DNA of 64,000 bases from Candidatus Omnitrophota bacterium (GTDB lineage Bacteria > Omnitrophota > Omnitrophia > Omnitrophales > Aquincolibacteriaceae): contig DAOPYQ010000002.1 in assembly GCA_035352955.1 (NCBI GenBank), forward strand, positions 233,267-297,266, written 5' to 3'. Made by a program: the position numbers and the translations under genes. This document shows, piece after piece, positions 51,101 through 63,100 of the stretch (position 1 is the first letter of the stretch; each line of letters opens with the position of its first letter). The notes under the pieces were generated by a model that searched no databases, was not told the DNA's origin, and was given only the letters and a program-made list of their open reading frames with translations.

Positions 51101-54100
51101 ATACACATTGGCAAAAACGAGGAACCGGTAGTCGTTTAATGTCTGCTCCCGGAATTGAATGCGGTGGGCACTCGAAACATTGATCCGCTCGCCGGTCTTC
51201 TTTCCCGGAAAAACCACGGGCGAAAGCAGGTCCCGGCGGTCCCGCCAGAAGGAGAGCCACTCTTCTCCCGGATCAAATATGGATTTTCGCCCCTCAAAAA
51301 CCGTAGGGTCCAATTCCATCAAGCTGAGGTTCCCGCGTCTTGTTTTCTCAACCGCCAGGCCAAGAGGGTCGCCCTTATACGCAAGGAGCCAGGAACGGAA
51401 AACTTCGCCGTCTGAAAACCAATCGGCAAACCGGATCACCCGGTCAAGCGATGCGGACGGCTCGATCGGAAAAACGCTATAGCCCTCGCCAAGCGAAAGA
51501 CCGGCGGGTCCCTCGGGAGATATCCCGAGCGCCTTCAGGTAAAAATAAAGCGGCGAATTTTCCGAGACTTTCAAACCCTCCGCCCGCTTCCCTTCCCTCG
51601 GCGCCGCCCGCATCTCCGCGCGAAGATCGTCCTTTTTGCTCCCGGAATCAGCGTCTGCGGCTGAGCCCCTTCCCGAGATAAGATTTTCCCTCATGTACCA
51701 AGCCCCGTAGAGCTTCATATTTTCGGAAGGCGCCGGCACGGAAAACGCAACGGGCTTTTCCAGTGACCGGAGTGCGGCGGCAATAGCCTCGCGGGTTTCC
51801 CGATTGAAGTCCCCCGTTTTCGCGCGCAGATCCGCAAGAGCAGCCCGGATCCTTTCCGAACAACTCCGGTAAACGGAAGAGTTTCCGAGCGCGCGTCCCG
51901 CCTCAACCGCGATCCTCGATGCGCTGATGAAAACCGAGATCTTCACATAAATGTTCTCGCTCTCCTCTCCGAATCCGGTCAGCCCTTGCAGAAGATCTTC
52001 CAAAGCTGAGGGAGAAAGGACGGGCGCTACGCGCTCCATCCCCGCAAGGGCTTTCTTTCTCAGATCGCTTTCGCCGATCCCCTTGAAATTGGAAATAACC
52101 ATCCACTGGGCCGTAAAAAACATGGCCCCAAAAACCGCTAACCCGGCCAAAACCATGCCGTTTTCGGCAAACCATGCGTTCATCGGAGATTTTGCGGCAA
52201 ATTCGGGACGAAGCGCGAAAAGAACTCCGACCATCATCGCCGCTTGAGCTACCGCAATGCTTTGAACGAGCCCGACGAGCGCGATCCTTTTCAGGATCTT
52301 TATCAGCCGGCGGTCTCGCCATGTCTCGGCGGTTCCTTTACTGCCATCCTTGAGCACTTTCAACCAGTAGACCGCCTCGACCGAAGCGATCCATTCCGTT
52401 CTCACCTGCTGCATCAGCTGTGAAGATCCGGCCGGTGCGGCGTCCTCAATCAACGCATCGAGGACCCTTCCGAGATTTTCTTCATAAATAATGGTGAGCC
52501 CTTTAGGAAAGAGACGGGCGAGACGCGAATCGCTCGGCAATCGGGAGAGATCAGCTCCCGCGGCCAACATCTCCCGGAGCGCAAAAAGCCGGGCGATCAC
52601 TTCAAGCTCCAGAGAAGTCGCCGGACGTTTAATGTCTTTTCGTAGGATCGCAAGCTGTTCGCGTGTCCGGGACGCCCATTCTTCATCTACATTCGTGCCC
52701 CGTTCCACGATCCGGACCGCCCCAGAACCTTGGGACAGCTTCGCGCCTGCACCCACGGGAGCGGCGTCAGAAACGGTAACAGAAGGCTCGTGAAGAGCCT
52801 TTTGCGGAACGGTTTTCTCCAAACCCTCGACCGCCAGAGAAATTTCCTTCCCCAACGCGAAGCCAACGATCCCGAGTCGGGACCGGGTCTCGAGAAGCCC
52901 TCTCCGGAGCATCCGGACTTTCTCTTCGCTCACATGGATGACCGGAAGCTCCCCGGGATCTTTGGAGACCGAAACGGCGAGCCGGGAAGCACTTAAAAAT
53001 GCCTGCATTTTCAGGGAGAGATCTTTCTGGTCCTCCGCGAACCGGATCAGACGGTCCGTCATATCCGCGCGAACTTCGGACGCCAGATCCGGCGCGATCT
53101 TCGCAAGCTCCACAAGTGCGTTTTTTCTCAAAACGGCTTCCGCGATCCCGCCGGTGCAAGCGAGGATCAGGAAATTTAAACCGGAGAAAAGCCCCACGAA
53201 TCCGGACACCGCGGTAAAAAGAACCCGGCTCTCCGCGAACCCTCCCTGCGCCGCGGAATTCGCGCCGCCGAAGTAAAAAGACCCCAAAGCCCCGGCCAAA
53301 ACCGCCGCAGCCTGAACGATCCCGGCGATCGAAAGTCTCCGCAAAAGTTTTTCGGTGCGCCGCTGTTTTTCCGTCCGGGCAAAGCCTTTTCTGCCGTCCA
53401 CCAGGACCTTGAACCAGTAGCCGGCTTTCACCGTAGCGCTCAAGGCCGCTTTTTGATCCGGCGAAAGCCCGGCATCCCCGGCCCTTTCGACTTCCCCGAT
53501 CAACGCTTCCAGGATCCTTTCCAGATTCCCGGAATAAATAAGCAGGAGCCCTTTCGGGAAAAGGCGGCCAAGCCGAGAATCAGCCGGAAGTCCGGAAAGA
53601 TCCGCGCCCTCGGCCATCATGTCGCGAAGCGCGAAAAGCCGGGAGAGAACTTCAAACTCTCGCGGGAGCGCGGAACGCCTGATGTCTTTTTGAAGCGTCA
53701 CATACTGTTCGCGTGTCCGGGCCTCCCATTCTTCATCCGCGGTCCAGACACGAGTGCGTGCAGGGCTAAGGATGTCCTGCCGCAATTCAGCCCGGACAGA
53801 TCTGGGTTCCTTTTCATATCCCCTTGCGGCCTCGCGGGCGGTCGAAAGAACGGCAATGCTGCCAAGATCGAGAGCTTCGTTCATGGGCCGGATCTTTGAC
53901 CGGTCTTCCCCAGAGAAGGTGCTGCTCACCCCTCCCACGTACGTCGCGAACTTCGGGGAAGAACCCGTTGCTCCGGTGGAAGGATACATTTTTTCCAAAG
54001 TCCTGAGCATCAGCCGCGCGGCCAGGATAAGACGATCGCGAAGTTCCTCCTTGGAGGAACCTTTTTCGAAAGAAGCCGCGAGGGTGTGTTCCCCCGAGAG

Positions 54101-57100
54101 ATCGCCCTGGGGTTCGAAATCAAAGATCATATGAACCGCCTGCTTGGGATCATGCCCTCTAAAGCCGAGGTCTTGATGCCGGTAGGTCCGTTTGAGACCG
54201 TGGTGAGGCGTTACGACGATCGTGATCTCATGCTCAAGAAAATAGAGGCTTGCGAAAACGTTCACGTCCTTCTGCCCGCTGTGTTGAAAGGCCCGCATGG
54301 CTGCGACCTCGCCGGAAAGACGCTGCGCAAAAGTTTCCAGAGACGCTTCATTCCACTCGCCGGAGCGGAGCGTCAAGGCTTTCCGGTCCCCTTGCTCATC
54401 GAGAAATTCTTCCGCGATCTTTCCCTGCGATATTTCCGTAGCGGTTTCCGTCTGCGGGGCAAGCGCCTTGGGGGCGACAGCCGGGGTCTTTTTTTCCGGA
54501 AAATATTTCTCGAGGAAAAGGGCTATCCGACGGAACAGCCCCGGAGCTTTGGCTAAAAAAACTTCTTTGGGGCCGGGGAGAGCCTGCTCCGCGTTTCTCG
54601 ATAGGATCGCGCTAATTGAACTAATATCCGCTTCGACCCTGTTCGTCCGGGAGCGCGTCATGAGCCACGGACCTTCCTGGATCTCACGGAGTATGTTGTC
54701 AACTTTCGCCTGAAGGACTACGGCGTCGGCTTCGAGCGACGCGTCAGGCTCGCAGAACGTCCCCTGCGGGGTTTCCGTCGCAAGTTCGAGCGCACGAAGA
54801 TAAAGGTTGGTCGCGCGGAAAAGCGCGGGGTCTTCCGACTTGAGGAGTTGTCTCTGCGCCAATAAATTCCGCGCCATTGATTCCGCAAAACGTTCCCGGT
54901 TCGCCCCCAGGATCACCGTATTGACGATAAGATCCGCGGTCAATGTTCCGACCGCATACTGCTGGTTCGCATTAAGCCGTCCGTCCGGATCCAGATCGTA
55001 AATGGGCCCGTGAATGCCAAGCTCCCTCAACAGCCGTTCCCCGGCCTGCCGAACGAGCGCGTGGTCGAACGAATAAGAAAGGCCGAGCTGGAGCGCGTTC
55101 CGCGGGATAAGGATTATTTCCCCCATCATCGAGACCGCGACGTCATTCGCCAAAGCAAAAGAGAGGTTTTCCAGGGGAGAAATCGCTTTTGCTTCCTGGC
55201 GTTCGTAATGGGCCCAATAATCATTCCGGAACTTCGCGAAATCTTCTCCGGTCTCGAGGATCCGGACCCGGGGCGTCACGTCCAGATGCGGGAAGATCTT
55301 TTGCGCCTCCTCCATCGTTCGCGCCACCCAGGCTTCCGAAAGAACGTCCCCCTCCGCCCCATGTTGGCGCATCTCGGCTGGGACTTCCTTGGTCCCAGCA
55401 CGAGTGAGTGCAGGACTATGGAGGTCCTGCCGCAGCTCGGCACGTACGGGAAGCAAAGAACGGGTTTCCGCGCCGGCCTGGCCGACAGGCTGGCCGTCCC
55501 CTTTCTTTTTGAGTGTGACGACTTTTTTCCGGAGCTCGAGGGGGGAGGTGTAAAGCGGAACGGTCCCGTCCAGTTTTCCGGAGGCTTCCCCGGCGGCTTT
55601 TTGAACGATCTCCGAAGGATCTTTTTGCCCCCCGGCAAGAGTTGTCAGAATATTTTTCCAGGCCTCTTCTTGCCCGGTGCCAAGACGCCCGGCGATCTCC
55701 CCGATCGCAAAAAAGGCCGCCCTCCGGATAGCGTAATGATCATGCCTTGCGGCTTTCATTAATACAGGGAGCGATTTTGTGTCGCCGGCCCGGCCCAAGG
55801 CCTCGGCGGCTTCCTTACGGGCCGGAAGGAAATCATCTTTCCGGACCGTTTCGCGGAGCGCGGCAAGTACAACCTCCCGCATTTCCGCTCCCAGATGCCC
55901 GGTGCGCAGGAACGCGCCCAACGCGATCGCCGCCGCCGGCCTCAAAGCCATATCTTCCACATCATTCTTTTTCAGTAGATCGATCAGAAACGGGATCAGC
56001 TCGACTTGCTCTTTTGTGCCGGCGCCAAGGATGGCGAGGATCTTGCCGGTATTCATGATCGGAATAACCTTGAGCCTGGCCCTTGCCTCAAGCCATCGGG
56101 TCACGAGACGATAGGCGGCATAGGCAGCCAGCGCAGCGCCGGCGACGTAGTAGAGGTCGCTCCCCGTCCATTCGCCGCGGATCAATCGGTCGCCCAGGAA
56201 CGCGACGCCCGGGACCGCATCCGCCCGCAGCTCGGCTGGGACTTCCTTGGTCCCAGCACGAGTGAGTGCAGGACTATGGATGTCCCGCCGCAGCTCGGCG
56301 CGCATCGGCTTCCGGTCAAATTTCCGGCGCAGCACGGTAACATTGTCGGGCGCGGTCTTGCCTCCCGCGTACTCGACATATTGTTCCGCTGAAGTTCCGT
56401 ACGAAACAAACCCCCGGATCCGCTCATCGCGAAACTCCCGGGACTTCCCCGCGTGGAATCCATAGATCCCGTCCGAAGCCAGAAGGACCTCGACCGCGCT
56501 TGCGTCGCTCAGGTCGATCGTCTGGATATCGACTACCGGGATCAGGATCTTCCGGAAAGCCCGGTCCCCGAAAGAACGGCCCGTGATATGGGATTTCCCG
56601 GTCACGGGATCCGTCAAATACCACCCGCCGTTTTTTTGTTCCGCAAACGTATAATCGCGTCCTTCCAGGAGCCCGGCTTTTGCGGCCACCCCCCGGTAAG
56701 CATCCCGCTGTTTCGGGTCCGAAAAATGCTGTTCCTCGACCGGAACTTCCTTTCCGTCCTTGAGAAGATATGCCGGAGAATCTCCGATCAGCATAAGGTG
56801 CAGCGTCTTCCGGTCCGACGGCACGAATACGCAGGTGAGGGTCGAGCCCGACTTGAATCCTTTCATCATGGAATAAAGGATTTTGAACGTCCTCTCAAAC
56901 GCCGCGCGGATATCGCCTCGATTCAGGAGAAGCGCCCACTTGAAGACGGGCGTCAAAAGAACGCTCAGAAATCTCGAAACGGCCTTTCCGCCGTGCCCGT
57001 CCATGACCGCCATCATCTGCCCTTCAACCTTCATCCATCCCGGGACCCATACTCTGAGTTTTCGATCCACAAAACTGTCTTCCTGGGGCAGCGCAAGTTC

Positions 57101-60100
57101 CGGGTGTCCGATCTCGCTGCCGCGGGCCTGCGCGATCTCCGTTCTTTCCGGATCCTTGAAAGAGATCCGCTCCCAGGCGCGAGAAGAAACACTGGCAAGG
57201 CTGCGAAGGACGGCCCCGAGGACCTTAAGGGCGGTGCCGCCGGCGATGCTGATCATCAACCCGAGGGACCATTCCCTGACTTCCCGGGCGTTAAGGAACA
57301 TCGCCCACTTGAATTCCTGCGGAGAAAGAACGCCTTTCCCGAAACCGCGATCCAACATGAACAGGGAACAGCCTCCCGGTTTTCGCATATCAAAGACGGC
57401 GGCGTAATCGGGGTAGAGCTTCAGTTCGTCGGCGGGGAGCGGCCTCGGCCCGACAAGAGACATTTCTCCCTTAAGGATGTTGAGGATCTGCGGGAGTTCG
57501 TCGAGAGCGGTCCGGCGAAGGAACGCGCCGATCGGGGTCGGGATCCGGTCGCCTCCTTCCGGCATGGTCCGGAACTTGTACATCCAGAAAAGTTTCTGCC
57601 GGTAACCCGGCCGTTCCTGCCTGAAAAAGACCGGCGCCCCGATCCACGGCGCAAAGAGCAGTGTCGCCGCCGCCAGGAGCGGCAGCAAGGCCACCGCCGC
57701 CGCGACATCGATCACCCGGATCCACGGCGCCCATTTCGCGTACGGCGTCTTCCGGAATTCTTTCGGCGTAATAATATTCCGGTCGCGCCCCCCGAAAGAA
57801 ACCGCTTTACCACCCCCCTCGGAGACCCGGTCTCCGAGCTGCGGCGACTGATCGCGAAGCTCGGCGCGGCCGCGAGCTTTCGATGGAGCGGACGAATTAA
57901 GATCCAGAGCGGCCAATTCTTCCAGCGAGGAAGCTTTTAGTTCCGGAAAAAGCTTCGCTTCCGTAAAAGCGAGGATCCTGCCGGAGCGCCCCCGGACCTG
58001 CTGATCGATCGCTTTTGAGATCAGCTGCGCCGCGCGGATCACTCCCTGCCGCTGCCTTTTCAAGATAGCTTTGGCGCCCGCGCGCAGAAGACCTTCCTCG
58101 CTCTCCCCGAAGAAATCTTGCATGGCTTCCGTATAACCGGACAAATTCTGCTGAGGCCAGAGATGAACGCCCGATAAAATCCCTTTCTGATCGTAAATAA
58201 GCGTGACTCTGATCCAGTCGGAAGCGTAGAGACTGCGCGACACGTCGTACTTTGTTCCCCGGATCGCCTGGAGATGGGAAGTGGCCTTTTCTTCGAATCC
58301 CAGAAGCACCTGCTGCCTCTTTTCGGAGATCGCCAAGGCGCCCAACCGTTGCCCCGGTCCGGCTTTCGCGGGGATCATTTGAGAAAGGATCCGGACAGTG
58401 ATGTCGTCGTTTAATCCGTAGGGGCCCAGTTCCGCCTCTCGCTGGCGGACCAAGCTTTCCTCCGGCTCGTCTCCCGCAAGATCCGTCCGCAGCTCGGCTG
58501 GGACTTCCTTGGTCCCAGCACGAATGCGTGCAGGACTATGGATGTCCTGCCGCCGCTCAGCGCGAGGCTGGCCTTCGGAGGATCTCTTCTGCTGCAAGTC
58601 GGCACGGGATAACCACCCCCACCGGATCAGGAGATCGACGGCTTCTTTTTGAAAATTTCCCGCCGCGGATCCTTTCGCCTTCAACTCGGATGCGATCCTC
58701 TCGATCACCTGCCATTCATCCCTGTGTTCCAGAGCGGCTCTTTCAAAGACGGCTTCGAGCATTCTTCCGCGAATTGAAAGATCTTCTTCCTGAGAAGCGG
58801 TGAACGCCAGGATCTCCTCAAGGAGCGAACGGGCCACAAGCTTTTTTTCTTCGGCTTCCGTCAGCGGGACCTTGTGCAAATACCGCTCCTGAAGCTGGCC
58901 AAAATAACCCGTCAAACCCGAGCCTGTTCCCGGAAGGCCGGAGGCCATCAAGGGGCCTCCCCTCATGCCGTCTTGCAGGAGCTTTGCGTTCATCGCGTGC
59001 GCTGCTCCGACGTTGTAGACGACATTCGCCCGGGGATAGCGGCGCAAGAGTTCGAGTTTTTGCTCGCGAATGAGTTCATCTCGCCGGAGAGTTAATTCCG
59101 CCATCAGTTGCCCGATCTCGCGATAGGTTTTGAACAATTCACCGGTTTCATTTTGATAAAAGAACTGCCCGAGGGAGCCCCCGAGCGCCCTGGCCCGGAA
59201 ATAAAGGTCCCGCCAGACCTCATAGCTCACTTGCATCGGGAATCTTACACGCACGCCGGCGCCGGCCATCCAAAAATCCCGTCGCTTGACGAAACCGTCT
59301 GCCGGTACTTTCGCCCACCGATCACGGGTCTTTTCAAGCCGCCTCGAAACCGTAAGGTCATCCTGTTCGATATATCTCACGGCCCTTTCGCGGGTGACCT
59401 TTTCATAAACCGCTCGGAGCTCCCGGTCATGTTCCGCGAGGATCGCCGGCCACGGAAGTTCACGGATCCCCGCCGGCAGGCGCGCCAGCATATGCTGCGG
59501 AGACATGATCTCTTCAGGGATCACGATCAGTTCCGGATACCCATGGCGGGCAGGATTTTTGTAGGACCTTGCGACAAGCCTCTCCAGCTCCGGACGGATC
59601 TGCTCAAAATCTGCCGTGGTCAGATGCGACGAATACAGGTCGAAGGCGTGCCCTTCGATCACCGCGTCCCGGGAACTTTGCACCCGGAAGACCCGGAAGA
59701 CGCTCAGACCCATGCCGGCCGCCACCGCGAGAGTTCCGCCCATGAAAAAATTCCGCCTTGAAAAACCCCTGCCCTTCGCCGGTAAGGAAGGTTTTTCCGG
59801 TTGCCGCAGAAGCTGAACGCCTTCCGCTGCCCGCTTCCCTTCAACCACGATTGCCTTCGCCCGTATCTCCGAGCGCTTTTCACCCATCCCAGAACCAGGT
59901 TCCCAATCTCCGTCTTCAGGGGCCTCACCTACAGCATCTTGAGCGGGCCGCTGCATCCATTTCCAAAGAACTGACGGACGGATCCCCAACCCCAACCGGA
60001 GCATGGCCCCGACAACCGCTCCGAATTCGAAACCCAGAACCCATGTGGATGCAAAAACCGTAGCGATCGAACCCGCGAGGATCATCCATATTTCCCAATC

Positions 60101-63100
60101 AAGAATAATGCGGAGAGCCGCATAAGCGTTCCAGCTCCGCGGGGAATGGAAGAACCTCAAGATACCTTTTTTCCCTTCCAGGAGATCCTTGAGGGTAAAC
60201 AGAACGGGAACATCAAAGAAAAAGCTTGGCGTTGTAAACTCAGCGAACCCGCGCACCTGTTCATAGGGCTTTTCGACGACACTCCAGCCGAATTTTTCGA
60301 CGGGGATGTAAGCAAAGTTCCGCGCAATATCCGGACCGCAGGTATACGTCACGAAAATTTCTTTTTTGCGCTTGGCGTCTTTCATCCAGCTTGCGATATC
60401 GTCTTCGGTAACATCTCCGTCCGAAGCCGTCCAGGTATTCCACTTCCCGTGCCCTGCCACGCCAAGGTACCCCACAGACGGATCCAGAAGATTTCTTTTC
60501 AGATCTTCCCGGCCGGAATTCTTCAGAACGCGGAACGAAAACCCCTTGAGCCGCCAGTAGATCCGCGCGAACCAAAGCCATGGCTGGATCGCTTGATAGA
60601 TCTCCTGTGTACTGACCAGAAGAACAAATTCCTTTTTCGCTTCCGCGGAAACCGGCAGCGTCTTCACCTGATCGGGTTCTTGAGCGGAAATGCTTCGCGA
60701 AAACACCTCCGGTTCTTCGGCCTCCGGGATCTTCATGACGGCGAGAACGTCCTCGAGATCTCCGATGAAATCATCCAGGGACTCATACCGGAACTGCCGT
60801 TCAAGCCCGCAGCGCTTGAGCATGGCAAGCAATTCCGCCGGCATATAGCCGATCTCCGACAACGCTGCCGACGTCAACCCCTCGTCATTGCGCAGGGCGA
60901 TCCCGTTGAGCATTTTCCCAAGGCGCATCAAGTCCTTCGTGGAATACAAATTAAAGTCGATGACCGTGAATCGCTTTTCGGGACCGGAAAGAAAAACGTG
61001 CCAGTATTGCAGGTCCCCGTGGTTTTCGCCCGTCCAACGCTGGAATTCCCTGAGAGCTTTCGCAAAAGCCAAAAGCTGCGGCGCCAGCACCGGAAAATTT
61101 TCCCGGAAATAATCCTCACCCCGAAGATCCTTTGTGCCCCAGAGAAAGTCACCCAGTTTGACGCCTTCAACGGGCTCTGTAACATTGACCGGATTCCCCA
61201 GAGGGTCCTTCAGCGTGATCCCTCCCGCGAAATACCGGGTCCAGGGCTCCATCTCATGTTCTTTCAGGACTTGAAAGATCCGGGCCTCCCGCAGCAGGAA
61301 CCGAGGCTCCCGCCGGTCGTTCAACCGGAGCCAAAAATCTTTTCCGAGGAAGCCGTCGGGACGGATCTCCACCGCTTTTTTGACCCGCTTGCGCTCGTCC
61401 TGATCCGACGCGTCATGGAAACCTTCCCCCTCGATCAAAAACCGCCTGCCTTCCAGCGCCACGATGTCCCCGGCCAGGATCTTCTCGTAATGTCTCGTAT
61501 CCTTCACCACCCGAAGCCCCGAAAGATCGGGCCGGACCTTCCCTTTCCGGCTCACCCCTTCGGAGACCCGGTTTCCGAGGCGGGTCGGTTGGTCGCGCAA
61601 TTCCGAACGCCGCCGAAATTCGTCCGAGGCCCAGCCGCGAAGCGTCGAGAGAATATGTTTTTTAAGAAACCTGCTTTCAAGCGAGTCTTCGGCAACGGCG
61701 CGCGCTTCGAAAGAACGCGGCATCGCAAGAGGCCCCGGGCAGGCATCATGAAAGAAAGGCTGGATAAGCGCGTCTTGGGCGACCCGTGCAGGAGGAGAGC
61801 GGCCTTCATCGTCGCCCTGCGGGTCCACCGCGATCCAGGTCTTCAGATGTTTTTCTTCCAGGGTCCTAAAATATTCGGAGAAAAATGTTTTGATCACCGT
61901 GCCCGGATCCGGGAAGAACTCCTTCCGGCCTCCGATATCGAGCGAACGGAAAACAGCGCCGAAGATCGCGGCCTTCACGACCACCTGATCCGCACCCCAA
62001 CGTTCCCCGAAGGACCGGAGGCTTGTCAGGTCCGTTTCCTCTCCCGCGAGCGTTTCGTCTTGAATGTGAAGCGTGTTTTTCCTCAGGCCGGCGTTCTGCT
62101 TGAACGCCTCCTGCCTGCCCATTTTCTCCGCGTTCATCAGGATAAGTTCGGAAGCCGAAAGAACTTTCCCTTTGGGAAGCATCCCAAGGCCGGCCAGGGC
62201 TTCCGAAAGACGCGTCCGGAACCGGGCGAGGTGCGGATCGCTTTGCAAAAGCTGCGGGAACTTGACCCAGCGGTGCGGCGTCAGCGTCCGGTAGAAAAGA
62301 AGGCGGGCAGTCAATGTTTTCCCCTGTCCCTTCGTTCCTTCGCGAAGTTCGGAAACCGTCTGAAGGGCCCCGGCTCCATCGGGGAGAGCGTCGAGGCCGC
62401 GGATCCCGAGGAGCTCGATGAATTCGCGGTTTTTATTCGTCATTTTTTGAAAATGTCTTTTCCCGAATCCGATAGAATCCTCCGTCAGCACGCCTTCATA
62501 ACGGCCAGCAAGATCATTCCAGAAGTGGACCGGAGCATGCTTCGTTTCCTCGTTGGAATAAAGCTCCCCCACGCCTTTGACCGCAAGCCATGTCCCGTCC
62601 CGCAACGGGAAATAAACGGTCCGGAGATTCGCCACCAGAACCGGCATCAGACTTTTTTCGGACGAACGGTCCGTCACGCCCACAAGGATCTTTTGCCCGC
62701 GGCGGAGCATCTCCGCGACGACGGCCGGATCGCGCGAAGCGAGAAAAACGGCATGCTTGTCAAAAAACTCCTCACCTCCCATCGCTTTCACCGCGCCGGG
62801 ATCGATCGCCTCGAACGACCCGGTAAAATGTCCGGCCGGCATCACCGCCATGAACACCGGTTTAAGCGCATGATCCTCCAAAAGAACCCGTTGGATCTCG
62901 TCCGTGAACAAACCTCTCAGCGCCGGATATCCCGCCAGCCCTTCTTCGTGGAAATAAGCCTCGAAGCGGCCGCTCACCCCCTCGGAGACCGGGTCTCCGA
63001 AGTGGGTGGGTTGTTCACGCAATTCCGCGCGAACGGAATCTGCTTCGGCGATGCGAATCGCCGAAGGGAGATCTTCCCATCCCGGAAACGGCTTCATGTC

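Noticed and set aside
42972-58563. Possibility that the near-identical ~72-nt repeats are a CRISPR array
   Set aside because: The intervals between copies are 0.8–5 kb of protein-coding sequence with strong domain homology, not 30–40-nt spacers. The units are in-frame, encode a conserved peptide, and no cas genes are present.
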